From a virus: 45,509 bases of DNA. Where the stretch lies: the IMG/VR virus record IMGVR_UViG_3300045988_016812; one strand, 5' to 3'. Below are positions 16,633-24,148 of this stretch, piece by piece (the stretch's first letter is position 1; each line of letters starts with the position of its first letter). The position numbers and the translations under genes are program-made. The notes under the pieces are model-generated. The model was not told the origin of the DNA, searched no databases, and was given only the letters and a program-made list of their open reading frames with translations.

Positions 16633-17039
16633 TTTCTGTATTTCCCGACATAATTTCTAACGCGGGAAATACTCTTTTTGATGCGGACATTCATCTCATT
16701 CTCAATGAACTGGATCAGCTGATCGAGAACGTACTCACAGAAGAAACGGCCGTCTGCGCACGGGCTCCACGGATTCGAATACTTAAAAAGTTCCTCAGAT
16801 GCCCCTTTGGAGTTCAGAAGTTCGTCAAAGAGTTCTTTTACCGGAGCTGTCATCTTGCCCAGTGCTTCCGGGTCATCAGACGCCGGGATATCCAGATCTC
16901 CAAATTTCTTCTGTACAGCCTCCGCGCGTTTAATGATGTCGAAGTCCGAAGGGTTCCACATGAACCCGCCGGTCTTGGTTCCATTCTTGTCAACGATCTC
17001 GATATATTCCCGATCGTCAATCGTGATCTGTCTTGCCAT
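16629..17039 (-). CDS. Tail assembly chaperone (Gp14-like)
   Basis: Acidic 136-aa protein between major tail and Gp15-like genes; ATGA overlap with next gene. Confidence 0.5.
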   Translation of the reverse strand: MARQITIDDREYIEIVDKNGTKTGGFMWNPSDFDIIKRAEAVQKKFGDLDIPASDDPEALGKMTAPVKELFDELLNSKGASEELFKYSNPWSPCADGRFFCEYVLDQLIQFIENEMNVRIKKSISRVRNYVGKYRK

Positions 17040-17061
17040 GCCTCATACCTCCGTTATTCAG

Positions 17062-17559
17062 TTATTCACTTAAGGATGCTGTAAATGATTTCTTGGAAAC
17101 GTCCCATGTGCCTTTTACGCGGTTTCCGGCCTTGTAAATCGTGAATGGGATCTGTACGCCAGAGGTATCGCCTCCGACACTGTTGGGGATAACATAGACA
17201 TCCTCACGGTAAGCCCAAACAACGGTGGGAGCCGCTGCGTCAGTCTCTCCCGGCTTGAGAAGCACATCAACCATTGTGGTTTTGCACTTGTCACCGGTTG
17301 CTCTCGTGTTGGCGATTTCCATGAGTTTGTTAGAGAGGGCATCGTCATAGTCCTCGTAGTAGAACGGATCAGCGTCAGCCTGTACCTCATAGCCGGAATG
17401 TTTCACAGTCTGCTCACCGAGAATGTTTTTCTGGACTTCCACATCCGGGTTCAGTTCCTCGTTGTACTCCTCCAGATCCTTACCGATGCGGACGTAAGTT
17501 GCTGATGTTCCGTTAAAAGATGCATCTAAATAATGCGCAAGATATTTTCTTTCAATCAT
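17062..17559 (-). CDS. Major tail protein, 165 aa
   Basis: Position (after neck genes, before chaperones/TMP); preceded by the conserved leader shared with the capsid gene. Confidence 0.65.
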   Translation of the reverse strand: MIERKYLAHYLDASFNGTSATYVRIGKDLEEYNEELNPDVEVQKNILGEQTVKHSGYEVQADADPFYYEDYDDALSNKLMEIANTRATGDKCKTTMVDVLLKPGETDAAAPTVVWAYREDVYVIPNSVGGDTSGVQIPFTIYKAGNRVKGTWDVSKKSFTASLSE

Positions 17560-17632
17560 AAAAAATGCCCTTTCTACCTATAACTTTTTAGGCGGTATAG
17601 GTTAGCGGCAGCACTCAAAATGTACTGTCGGT
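17560..17632 (-). promoter_or_regulatory. Conserved structured leader, copy 1 (upstream of major tail gene)
   Basis: Fills the whole intergenic gap; aligns with 22461-22540; hairpins CAGTAC-ATTTTGA-GTGCTG and ACCTATA...TATAGGT. Confidence 0.5.
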
Positions 17633-18142
17633 TTACAGTTCAAAATTATTCGTGTACCGGACAGATATCGGTAAAATCCAGTCCTGTACACCGTTCTCCT
17701 GCGGCTCTGTGCCGTATGAATTGTCACGGGTGATACGTTTTATCACTCGCCCGGATGCAAGCTCCGGAAACGCTTCCAGACGCGTCACCACGCCGTTTAT
17801 TGTGGTCGGCTCTCTGCATATCCATTTCCCAAGATTGTCAAGGAAAGCCTGTATATTCAGCTTGTACCGTTCTTTCTGCGATGCAGTGCGATACACGACA
17901 TAAAAAGGGAACTGGCAAATCTGGTGGACTCCGCCACAAATATCCTCTTTCTCGCTATACACGAGTGCTCCATTGTCTGCTGAGAACGCGATTCCACTGT
18001 CCTCTCCGAGTTCCTCAAATCGAATCACTTCCCCAGGATCCAAACCGGGGTACTGATTCAATAGCGCTTTCATGGCGGTTGTGAGTATTTCATATCCTGC
18101 CGCATCCTTTCCGATCGGCTGAGCATTAGCCACGCTGTCCAC
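17633..18142 (-). CDS. Neck / tail-completion protein (A118-like minor capsid family)
   Basis: Position; start GTG 18142 or GTG 18133 (GGGAGGTGG RBS). Confidence 0.5.
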   Translation of the reverse strand: MDSVANAQPIGKDAAGYEILTTAMKALLNQYPGLDPGEVIRFEELGEDSGIAFSADNGALVYSEKEDICGGVHQICQFPFYVVYRTASQKERYKLNIQAFLDNLGKWICREPTTINGVVTRLEAFPELASGRVIKRITRDNSYGTEPQENGVQDWILPISVRYTNNFEL

Positions 18143-18617
18143 CTCCCGCCGTTTTCTTTACTTCACGAATCCACGTTTCTCCATCCTTCTCTTTCGCGGC
18201 GTCAAACCAATGGGCCTGTGCCGCCGGATGTTTCGTCTTGGTGTATGCAAGTTCTTCCTTTGCGCGAGTCTTACCGGAATACTGACTGACAAGCACCTTT
18301 TTTGCGCCTTTACGTGCCCACGGCGAACCGGTTTTCTCGTCCACCATGCCCTTACCCTCATAGAGGAAGCGGCCTTGCGGACCATAAGCAGCAAACACTC
18401 GTCCAGATCCCTGTACCGCCGCACTCGCCGCTCTGGTGACGTTTACAAAGGTTCCGGTCTCCATCGGCATAAACGGCACCATACTATTCATGACAGCACC
18501 ATCAAGCTGATACTGGGCTTCCCGATACTGTTCTTCAAATCGGCTCATATCAATCTTAACTTTCACGTCTCCATCAACAATGGAGAATCCTTTGAAATGG
18601 TGTGTTTTGCTTGCCAT
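18126..18617 (-). CDS. Head-tail joining protein (minor capsid family)
   Basis: ATG 18617 with AGGTGG RBS; position in connector module. Confidence 0.5.
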   Translation of the reverse strand: MASKTHHFKGFSIVDGDVKVKIDMSRFEEQYREAQYQLDGAVMNSMVPFMPMETGTFVNVTRAASAAVQGSGRVFAAYGPQGRFLYEGKGMVDEKTGSPWARKGAKKVLVSQYSGKTRAKEELAYTKTKHPAAQAHWFDAAKEKDGETWIREVKKTAGGGQRG

Positions 18618-18626
18618 GCAATCCAC

Positions 18627-19100
18627 CTACTTTCCGAGAATTTCAAAATGTGGAATCACCGTATAAGGTCCGCCCACGCTCGTGATTTTGAAAACGAAAT
18701 CGTGGGAACTATTCATGTGCTGGTAGAATCCTTCCCGGTAGTCCACATCGTTCACCACGCCGCCATCCCATTCGCCCTGCCAAAAAAAGCTCTCTGATCC
18801 GAACGTAATGCTCTCTGCAAGAGTGTCATTCGTCTGCCTCTTCCACTTTTTCGGTGGCACCCACGGGATCATACCGGAAGAGTCTACAATTAAGATGCGA
18901 TCATCTTCCGGGTCTGTGGCGTGCTGATAATAGGCGATGTGAAGAATCGCGTTATCCGTGCTGTCGGCTCCGTACTTCTTCATGATCGCTCCGCGGTCTG
19001 TATTCAAGTCCACACCGTGGAGCACATGTGGGTACCACACAGCAGCGCCAGATATCGGGCTTTCGTAATAGTTGAATACTGTAATTGTTTTATCGTACAT
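18627..19100 (-). CDS. Head closure / head-tail joining protein
   Basis: 157 aa, position in connector module. Confidence 0.5.
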   Translation of the reverse strand: MYDKTITVFNYYESPISGAAVWYPHVLHGVDLNTDRGAIMKKYGADSTDNAILHIAYYQHATDPEDDRILIVDSSGMIPWVPPKKWKRQTNDTLAESITFGSESFFWQGEWDGGVVNDVDYREGFYQHMNSSHDFVFKITSVGGPYTVIPHFEILGK

Positions 19101-19108
19101 GGTTTCTA

Positions 19109-19501
19109 CTATCGTCTCCGTCTGTTGGCTCTATTCCCAGCTCTTTCCATCCTGGTTACGCGTTTCATGGTTTTATCTTGTCGGTCAGCCATGTCAAGAA
19201 ATCTTTGTGTAGCCTCGCGTTCCCTCTTGTAATCATTTTCGTCAGATCGTCTCTCGGAAGATGATACCTCGCGCACTGCTGCTCCGTTCTTCTCCGCTCT
19301 GTCCCGGAATTCCTTCGCGCTCATATTTAATGGTGTAGGTTCTGGACTCCCACCGATGCCACGCTGATAATAATTTTCTCCGGCGTTACTCGTGAAGTAG
19401 TACCGGGTTGTTTCGCCGTCCTTCGCTGTTACATCTAATCCAGTGTACCCAGATCCACTACTTTTCGCAGATATTCCACTTTTGCCACCTCTACCACCCA
19501 T
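19109..19501 (-). CDS. Basic Gly/Arg-rich protein, 130 aa, unknown function
   Basis: MGGRGGKSGISAK... start overlaps stop of the DUF4417-like gene by 11 nt; C-terminus ...RAGNRANRRRR. Confidence 0.5.
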   Translation of the reverse strand: MGGRGGKSGISAKSSGSGYTGLDVTAKDGETTRYYFTSNAGENYYQRGIGGSPEPTPLNMSAKEFRDRAEKNGAAVREVSSSERRSDENDYKREREATQRFLDMADRQDKTMKRVTRMERAGNRANRRRR

Positions 19502-20135
19502 TACATTTCACCTCGTTGAATTTATCCGTAAACTGCTTGATTCTCACGATATTTCCCTTACATTCTTCCGGAACTTTTCCATAGAAAATAATGCTTTCTG
19601 GGTGCAGACGCTCGATCATGGCGTCATAGCCGGATAAGAATAGACGTTTTTTGCCCAAACTGTTCATACATCCGACTGAGGAGATTGCGACAGTCCCCCC
19701 CTCCGGCTCTCCATCAAAGCACCACTCATAGGAATCTGGTGTGCTCCACGAGATCGTGGGGATCACGCGGCAACCGTATTCCTGTAAATAAGCGCCGATC
19801 CAGTGCTTTCGAAAGTGATTGTATATCTGGATCGCCTTTGGAAAGTCCGTATATGTGCTGAAATCTGGCGTGAGCACATACCGGAACCGGCTCAGCTTGT
19901 CGGTGTATCGATCCACATTTCTCCACAAGGCATCGAACTGGTAGTCATCCAGAAAGAAATGCACGCCCTTTTGATCCTCATGTGTGACTTTTCCTCTCGC
20001 ATAATTGAATCCGATGAACTCGCACTCCCCTTCAAATGTTTCCGGGTATAGCTGTGGTATGCCATATTCTCCAACGCCGTTAAAAAGGCGGCGGTTTAAG
20101 TTTTCGTATGCCATACTATTTGATTTATCGGACAT
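19491..20135 (-). CDS. DUF4417-like protein, 214 aa
   Basis: GVHFFLDDYQFDALW...VLTPDFSTYTDFPKAIQIYNHFRKHWIGAYLQEYGCRVIPTISW matches my memory of DUF4417; AAGGAA RBS. Confidence 0.45.
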   Translation of the reverse strand: MSDKSNSMAYENLNRRLFNGVGEYGIPQLYPETFEGECEFIGFNYARGKVTHEDQKGVHFFLDDYQFDALWRNVDRYTDKLSRFRYVLTPDFSTYTDFPKAIQIYNHFRKHWIGAYLQEYGCRVIPTISWSTPDSYEWCFDGEPEGGTVAISSVGCMNSLGKKRLFLSGYDAMIERLHPESIIFYGKVPEECKGNIVRIKQFTDKFNEVKCNGW

Positions 20136-20138
20136 AAG

Positions 20139-20465
20139 TTATTCCTTACGGATGTCTGTCTTGCTCATTCTCTTCCACAATTCCGTGAGCTTTTCCCAGC
20201 CATACATAGCCACAAACGCAACGATGAACCCCGCCATAATCGCCGCGAGGATCATATACCATAATATTTCCATGTGAATATACTGCATGTATGCCACAAA
20301 AGCCGCCACGGTAATTCCGATGGAGAGAATAAAGACAAGCGCATCGGTCGGGAGCTTCGCAAGGAACCCGACACCCTTAAATACCTGAGTGATGACGGAC
20401 ACGCAGAACGCGAGAGCGCCGATCACTGCAATAAGCACTGTCATGTTTGAAAGTAATGTTTCCAT
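20139..20465 (-). CDS. Multi-pass membrane protein, 108 aa (holin-like topology)
   Basis: GAGGAG RBS; three hydrophobic helices then charged tail WKRMSKTDIRKE. Confidence 0.5.
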   Translation of the reverse strand: METLLSNMTVLIAVIGALAFCVSVITQVFKGVGFLAKLPTDALVFILSIGITVAAFVAYMQYIHMEILWYMILAAIMAGFIVAFVAMYGWEKLTELWKRMSKTDIRKE

Positions 20466-20477
20466 TCTGTTCTCCTC

Positions 20478-20765
20478 TTACTTCTTGACTTTTCTCACTT
20501 TTCCATCACGATACTCAAGCCCTGTTGCCGGTCCGGTGCATGTAGTCGGATCAACGATGTTTCCCTCTTCATCCTCGCACCATCCTTTTGCGATGCAGAG
20601 CTTTCTTTCACCGGTGTTCCAGTAAAGTCCTGTTCCCGGGCCTGTATAGTAGGAGATCAGTTCATCTACAGCCGGTGAATCCTGTGTTCCGTTATTTGCC
20701 ATTGCGTCATCAATCGCCGCATTAATTTTATTCGTGTATTCCAAAAGATCTTTTACGTTTAACAT
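20478..20765 (-). CDS. Hypothetical protein, 95 aa
   Basis: AAAGGAG RBS; no family recognised. Confidence 0.5.
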   Translation of the reverse strand: MLNVKDLLEYTNKINAAIDDAMANNGTQDSPAVDELISYYTGPGTGLYWNTGERKLCIAKGWCEDEEGNIVDPTTCTGPATGLEYRDGKVRKVKK

Positions 20766-20776
20766 AACATTCTCCT

Positions 20777-21271
20777 TTATAATCCCGCATACAATAGCGG
20801 GGTTCCATCATCAGTTACAACTCCTGTCAAATACGGCATTGCCGCATCACAGAGGAGCTTGTTTGCGGCTTTTGTATCTCCTGCCGCAGAATATACAGCC
20901 GACCACTCTTTCGCTGCCGCGCCGGTCTGCTGCGCTGTCGCATAGGATATGGACTCACTGCCGGATGATTTCGAGGTGATGATCCCGGTCGTTGTTCCAT
21001 TCGCGTCAGTAGTCGCAGACGCTCCAGAAGCGGCGGCAAGTGCCTGTTTCTGTGCGAGATCCAACTGATAGTAGATCTCCGCCATAGCGCATACGGCTTT
21101 CTTGACACGTTTCTGGTATTTCTCCGGTGTAGGTAGTCCGCCAGTCAGCCGATCAAATGTCAGCGTGTCGATAAAATCGCTCGCTCTTTCTGCAAGCCGC
21201 ATAAAATCAGATTCCGGCACGACATTGCCGAAAAATGATTTTGAGTAAAATTCATAATCTGCGTATGCCAT
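20777..21271 (-). CDS. Head-tail connector (gp6-like) protein, 164 aa
   Basis: ATG 21271 with AAGGAGG RBS right after capsid gene stop; MAYADYEFYSKSFFGNVVPESDFMRLAERASDFID is typical of gp6-like adaptors; longer track ORF is an RS-rich upstream read-through. Confidence 0.6.
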   Translation of the reverse strand: MAYADYEFYSKSFFGNVVPESDFMRLAERASDFIDTLTFDRLTGGLPTPEKYQKRVKKAVCAMAEIYYQLDLAQKQALAAASGASATTDANGTTTGIITSKSSGSESISYATAQQTGAAAKEWSAVYSAAGDTKAANKLLCDAAMPYLTGVVTDDGTPLLYAGL

Positions 21272-21284
21272 GCCGGAATCCTCC

Positions 21285-22460
21285 TTAGCCTCTGGTCTTG
21301 ATCTGCGCGATCGGGATCGCTTTGATCGGGAAATACTTCTTTGTGGAAGTCGAATTATTATTCGCAAGCTCCCAGTTTGTTCCTGTCTCAAGCTGCGTGT
21401 TTGTCGGGGAGATAAAGGACGGCTGTTTGAAGCTGATGCCATACGGAGAGAAAATCTTTCTCTGGCGGGAATATAAGGTGTCCTCGCCGCCGTTGGTCTT
21501 CGCGTCTCTATCCATCTCATACGGGACTTTTACGCCGCAGTTTGTGTACTCGATCGCACCAGCGCCGAGAACGTATGTGGTGTATACAGTTCCAGCCGGA
21601 AGGAGTTTGACATAATCACCTTCGTTCGCGTCCGGAATGTCTGTAGTTACGCTTGCTTTTGCGACCTCACCCGCTCCGGTGCCTGCGGTCGTAACTTTGA
21701 GCGCTCCCGGGTCTGTCTGAGATGCTTTGACGTATTTCGCCTCCGCCTCCGCTGTCGGCATGTTGTCGTCAATGAGGACGGTTCTTCCGTTTAAGGTTGC
21801 GAGGGTAAGGTCTCTCTCGATTCCGTCTCCGTCTGTATACTTCATGTATGCGAGGAGCTTAAGATTCTCGAGATCTGTCGCAATCTTGGAGTGCATGATC
21901 GCAAGGCTGAATTTCGCCTTATTGTCTCCGAGAGCCTTCTGGATGGCGTTGTTAAGGGTGGTCTCCGCGAATCCGCTGTTTGTCGGGTCGAGGGACGCGT
22001 CATAGGTGTGCCCGTTCACGAACTTAAGGTTCTCAGCTCCCGTCATGGAGAAGACGCCTTTCAGCGTTGCAAGAAGCGTTTCCTGATCCACATCATCCCA
22101 ATACTCTGCGACTTCCTGCGCAGCCGGGAGGAAGTCCTCGCCTGTGATGTCTGTAGAGAAGTCTTTCTCTGTCCATCCATGAGCACGGCCAACAACGATT
22201 CTACCGTGTGTGTACGTCTCTCTGGAATCTGCTGTGATGTTGGTTGAGCCGTCATAGTTGTCCGGTGTACCGCCGATTCTCGCCTTGATCGGAACCGTGA
22301 TATAGTTGCCGCCTGTCTGATCCGGCAACATAGCCGCATACTGGGACTTCTCCACAATCGCGCCGGACTTTAACAGTGCATTTCTGTTGAGGTTCGGGAC
22401 GGTGTCCACATATGTGCCAAATACTTCGCCATTAAAATTCTTAAGGTCGAATAATGCCAT
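21285..22460 (-). CDS. Major capsid protein, 391 aa
   Basis: Follows scaffold gene; ATG 22460 (MALFDLKNF...) preceded by AAAGGA; size and position. Confidence 0.8.
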   Translation of the reverse strand: MALFDLKNFNGEVFGTYVDTVPNLNRNALLKSGAIVEKSQYAAMLPDQTGGNYITVPIKARIGGTPDNYDGSTNITADSRETYTHGRIVVGRAHGWTEKDFSTDITGEDFLPAAQEVAEYWDDVDQETLLATLKGVFSMTGAENLKFVNGHTYDASLDPTNSGFAETTLNNAIQKALGDNKAKFSLAIMHSKIATDLENLKLLAYMKYTDGDGIERDLTLATLNGRTVLIDDNMPTAEAEAKYVKASQTDPGALKVTTAGTGAGEVAKASVTTDIPDANEGDYVKLLPAGTVYTTYVLGAGAIEYTNCGVKVPYEMDRDAKTNGGEDTLYSRQRKIFSPYGISFKQPSFISPTNTQLETGTNWELANNNSTSTKKYFPIKAIPIAQIKTRG

Positions 22461-22540
22461 AAAAAAATCCTTTCTACCCATAACTGTTAAAAGGTGTGTG
22501 GGTTAGCGACAGCACTCAGAATGTGCCGCCGGTCGTTCGT
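22461..22540 (-). promoter_or_regulatory. Conserved structured leader, copy 2 (upstream of major capsid gene)
   Basis: Aligns with 17560-17632; hairpins CGGCAC-ATTCTGA-GTGCTG and ACCCA...TGGGT. Confidence 0.5.
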
Positions 22541-23182
22541 TTACATATACTGTTTGATGTCAAGATCCGGATTCTCGTTCTTCATCTTCATCAGCTCGGA
22601 CATCGTGTATTTCGGTGCGTTGTTCGGGTTGCTCACCGGTTTGGTGAAGCGCGCCGCGTTCTGTTTTGCCCGTTCCTGCTGCCTGTCAACGAAAATCCCG
22701 GTCTTCTGGGTTCCGTCCTCTCCGGTGGTCATCGCTTTGAAGATGTCGCCGATAGACTTTCCCCGTGCGGAATCTTTTCCCAGTTCTTCCACGAGAGCGT
22801 TGCGATAATGATCTTCTGTGATGTCGTTCAAAAACTCATACATCTTGTTCCCCTTATCATCCGTGGAAGACAAGAAATCATTCACAGTCTTTTCAACTTC
22901 GATTTTCCGTGCGTCATCCGCACGCGCTTTTTTCTCATCATTAAGCTGAGTGGTGAGAGTGGCAATCTGTATTTTCAGATCATACACGTCAATGTCTTTA
23001 AATCCGTCCAGTTTGCTCTTGACATCATCCAGTGAAGTCTTATACTCATCTCTTTTTGTCACTACTTTGTCGTAATCTGATTTTGTGCGATAATTCTCGT
23101 CCATTTTCTTTTTCAGATCACTTTTTTTGTCTTCCGGAACTTCGATTTCAAGTTCCTGTAAGATCTGTTCATAGTTCTGCAT
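22541..23182 (-). CDS. Scaffold protein (phage GP20-like)
   Basis: Highly charged coiled-coil 213-aa protein immediately upstream of the capsid gene; TAGGAGG RBS. Confidence 0.7.
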   Translation of the reverse strand: MQNYEQILQELEIEVPEDKKSDLKKKMDENYRTKSDYDKVVTKRDEYKTSLDDVKSKLDGFKDIDVYDLKIQIATLTTQLNDEKKARADDARKIEVEKTVNDFLSSTDDKGNKMYEFLNDITEDHYRNALVEELGKDSARGKSIGDIFKAMTTGEDGTQKTGIFVDRQQERAKQNAARFTKPVSNPNNAPKYTMSELMKMKNENPDLDIKQYM

Positions 23183-23262
23183 GTAATTATCCTCCTAAAC
23201 GTCAATTTTAAACCGCACGTCTGCGGTAATGGATTAAGCCGGATGAACCTCCGGCGGGGTAA

Positions 23263-23336
23263 TGGACCATCAGGGATTCGAACCCCGAACCGTCCGGTTA
23301 TGAGCCGGATGCCCTTGCCGATTGGGCGAATGGTCC
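23263..23336 (-). tRNA. tRNA with CAU anticodon (elongator Met or Ile2 type); CCA not encoded
   Basis: GGACCAT-TC-GCCC-AATCGGCAA-GGGC-A-TCCGG-CTCATAA-CCGGA-CGGT-TCGGGG?TTCGAAT-CCCTG-ATGGTCC-A folds as a cloverleaf; G1:C72 and no GGG/CCC anticodon stem, so not initiator-like. Confidence 0.85.
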
Positions 23337-23675
23337 TTGCGTCCCTGCCGAGAAGATGACAGGGATTAATATATTGATAAGAAAAGGAGTCCCCGCCCCG
23401 TTGCTGGGCGGAAGTGGAGAGTGCCGGCAGCGAACCGGCAATATTCTGTGCAACTCTCCGTAACCGGCGATGCCGGTTAGCAAGTAACTTTCTCGTGCTA
23501 TGCTCTGCACTATGCCCCGGGGGGTGGGGCAGTCGCACGCCGGAAATTGCATCCGCTTTTCAACCTCCCCGATCATGCCGGGTTTCTCTTAAGGGCGTGC
23601 GTGCCGTACGAATAAAGGAGGTATGGCAACAAAAAGCATGGTCCCGTATAGGAGTGGGAATCCACAATGTCCCCA
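23337..23675 (-). ncRNA. Candidate structured non-coding leader RNA (~340 nt) ending at the tRNA
   Basis: GC-rich, no RBS-led ORF, dense perfect hairpins (23461-23479, 23415-23459, 23342-23365); lies between a promoter-like motif and the tRNA. Confidence 0.35.
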
Positions 23676-23680
23676 CGCTT

Positions 23681-23722
23681 TCATTTTATCACATCTCAAA
23701 ATTTATTTTACCCCCACATTTT
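23681..23722 (-). promoter_or_regulatory. Promoter-like motif copy A: AAAATGTGGGGG-N19-TGATAAAATGA
   Basis: Shared with 32451-32493; extended -10-like TGATAAAAT; begins right after stop of 23726..24148. Confidence 0.4.
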
Positions 23723-23725
23723 AGG

Positions 23726-24148
23726 CTAATCTCCGAGCTTACGGATATATCTCTGTATCTCCTGCCGCTCATCCGTAAAATCGCTGTCCATGACCATCGA
23801 AGAGAGCATGTCGTACACCTCCACCATCAGCCGCCCAACGCACTCCATGAGCTTGTCGCGGTGTGCCTGATCGCCGTTCTGTTTGTACGCCTGTTTCGCG
23901 GCAATGTAGCGATCATACAGGGAATCGATGTTGTGATCGTATCTCCCATTGGAGTATTTCTTGATCACATCCTCCGCCACGTCAGCAACACGGCTTTCTT
24001 CCCACTCTTTTCCGTCCATCTTTTCCAGATAGCAGATCGCCGCCGTGAGCTTATAGATCACATCCAGCCGCGATGCCGTCAGGTTGTTCACAGCTTCCTT
24101 TGCTTCCAGATTCAGCTGATCTTTAAGCTTATTTATCAGCTCTTTCAT
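23726..24148 (-). CDS. All-alpha hypothetical protein, 140 aa
   Basis: GGGAGGAG RBS; overlaps upstream gene by 20 nt. Confidence 0.55.
   Translation of the reverse strand: MKELINKLKDQLNLEAKEAVNNLTASRLDVIYKLTAAICYLEKMDGKEWEESRVADVAEDVIKKYSNGRYDHNIDSLYDRYIAAKQAYKQNGDQAHRDKLMECVGRLMVEVYDMLSSMVMDSDFTDERQEIQRYIRKLGD

Noticed and set aside
20777-21520. The 247-aa version of the head-tail connector ORF, with an Arg/Ser-rich 83-aa N-terminal extension overlapping the capsid gene.
   Set aside because: The extension overlaps the 3' end of the major capsid gene in another frame and is low complexity. A strong AAGGAGG RBS precedes the internal ATG at 21271, right after the capsid stop.
23415-23459. The acceptor/T-arm minihelix as a second tRNA gene or as the tRNA-like domain of a tmRNA.
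   Set aside because: Only 13 nt separate the 5' acceptor strand from the T-arm, so there are no D or anticodon arms. I see no tag-peptide reading frame or tmRNA pseudoknot signature nearby. It is kept only as part of the structured-RNA candidate.
23113-23576. Minus-strand ORFs 23113..23538 and 23298..23576, and plus-strand ORF 23414..24211, as protein genes.
   Set aside because: They run straight through a canonical tRNA and the hairpin-dense GC-rich region. They have no RBS and give Arg/Pro/Gly-rich nonsense-like peptides. The region is better explained as RNA.
23620-23725. A plus-strand 33-aa ORF (MATKSMVPYRSGNPQCPHAFILSHLKIYFTPTF) preceded by AAAGGAGGT.
   Set aside because: The Shine-Dalgarno core ends only 1 nt before the ATG, which is too close for initiation. 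The ORF is antisense to the promoter-like motif and leader, and the peptide has no recognisable features.
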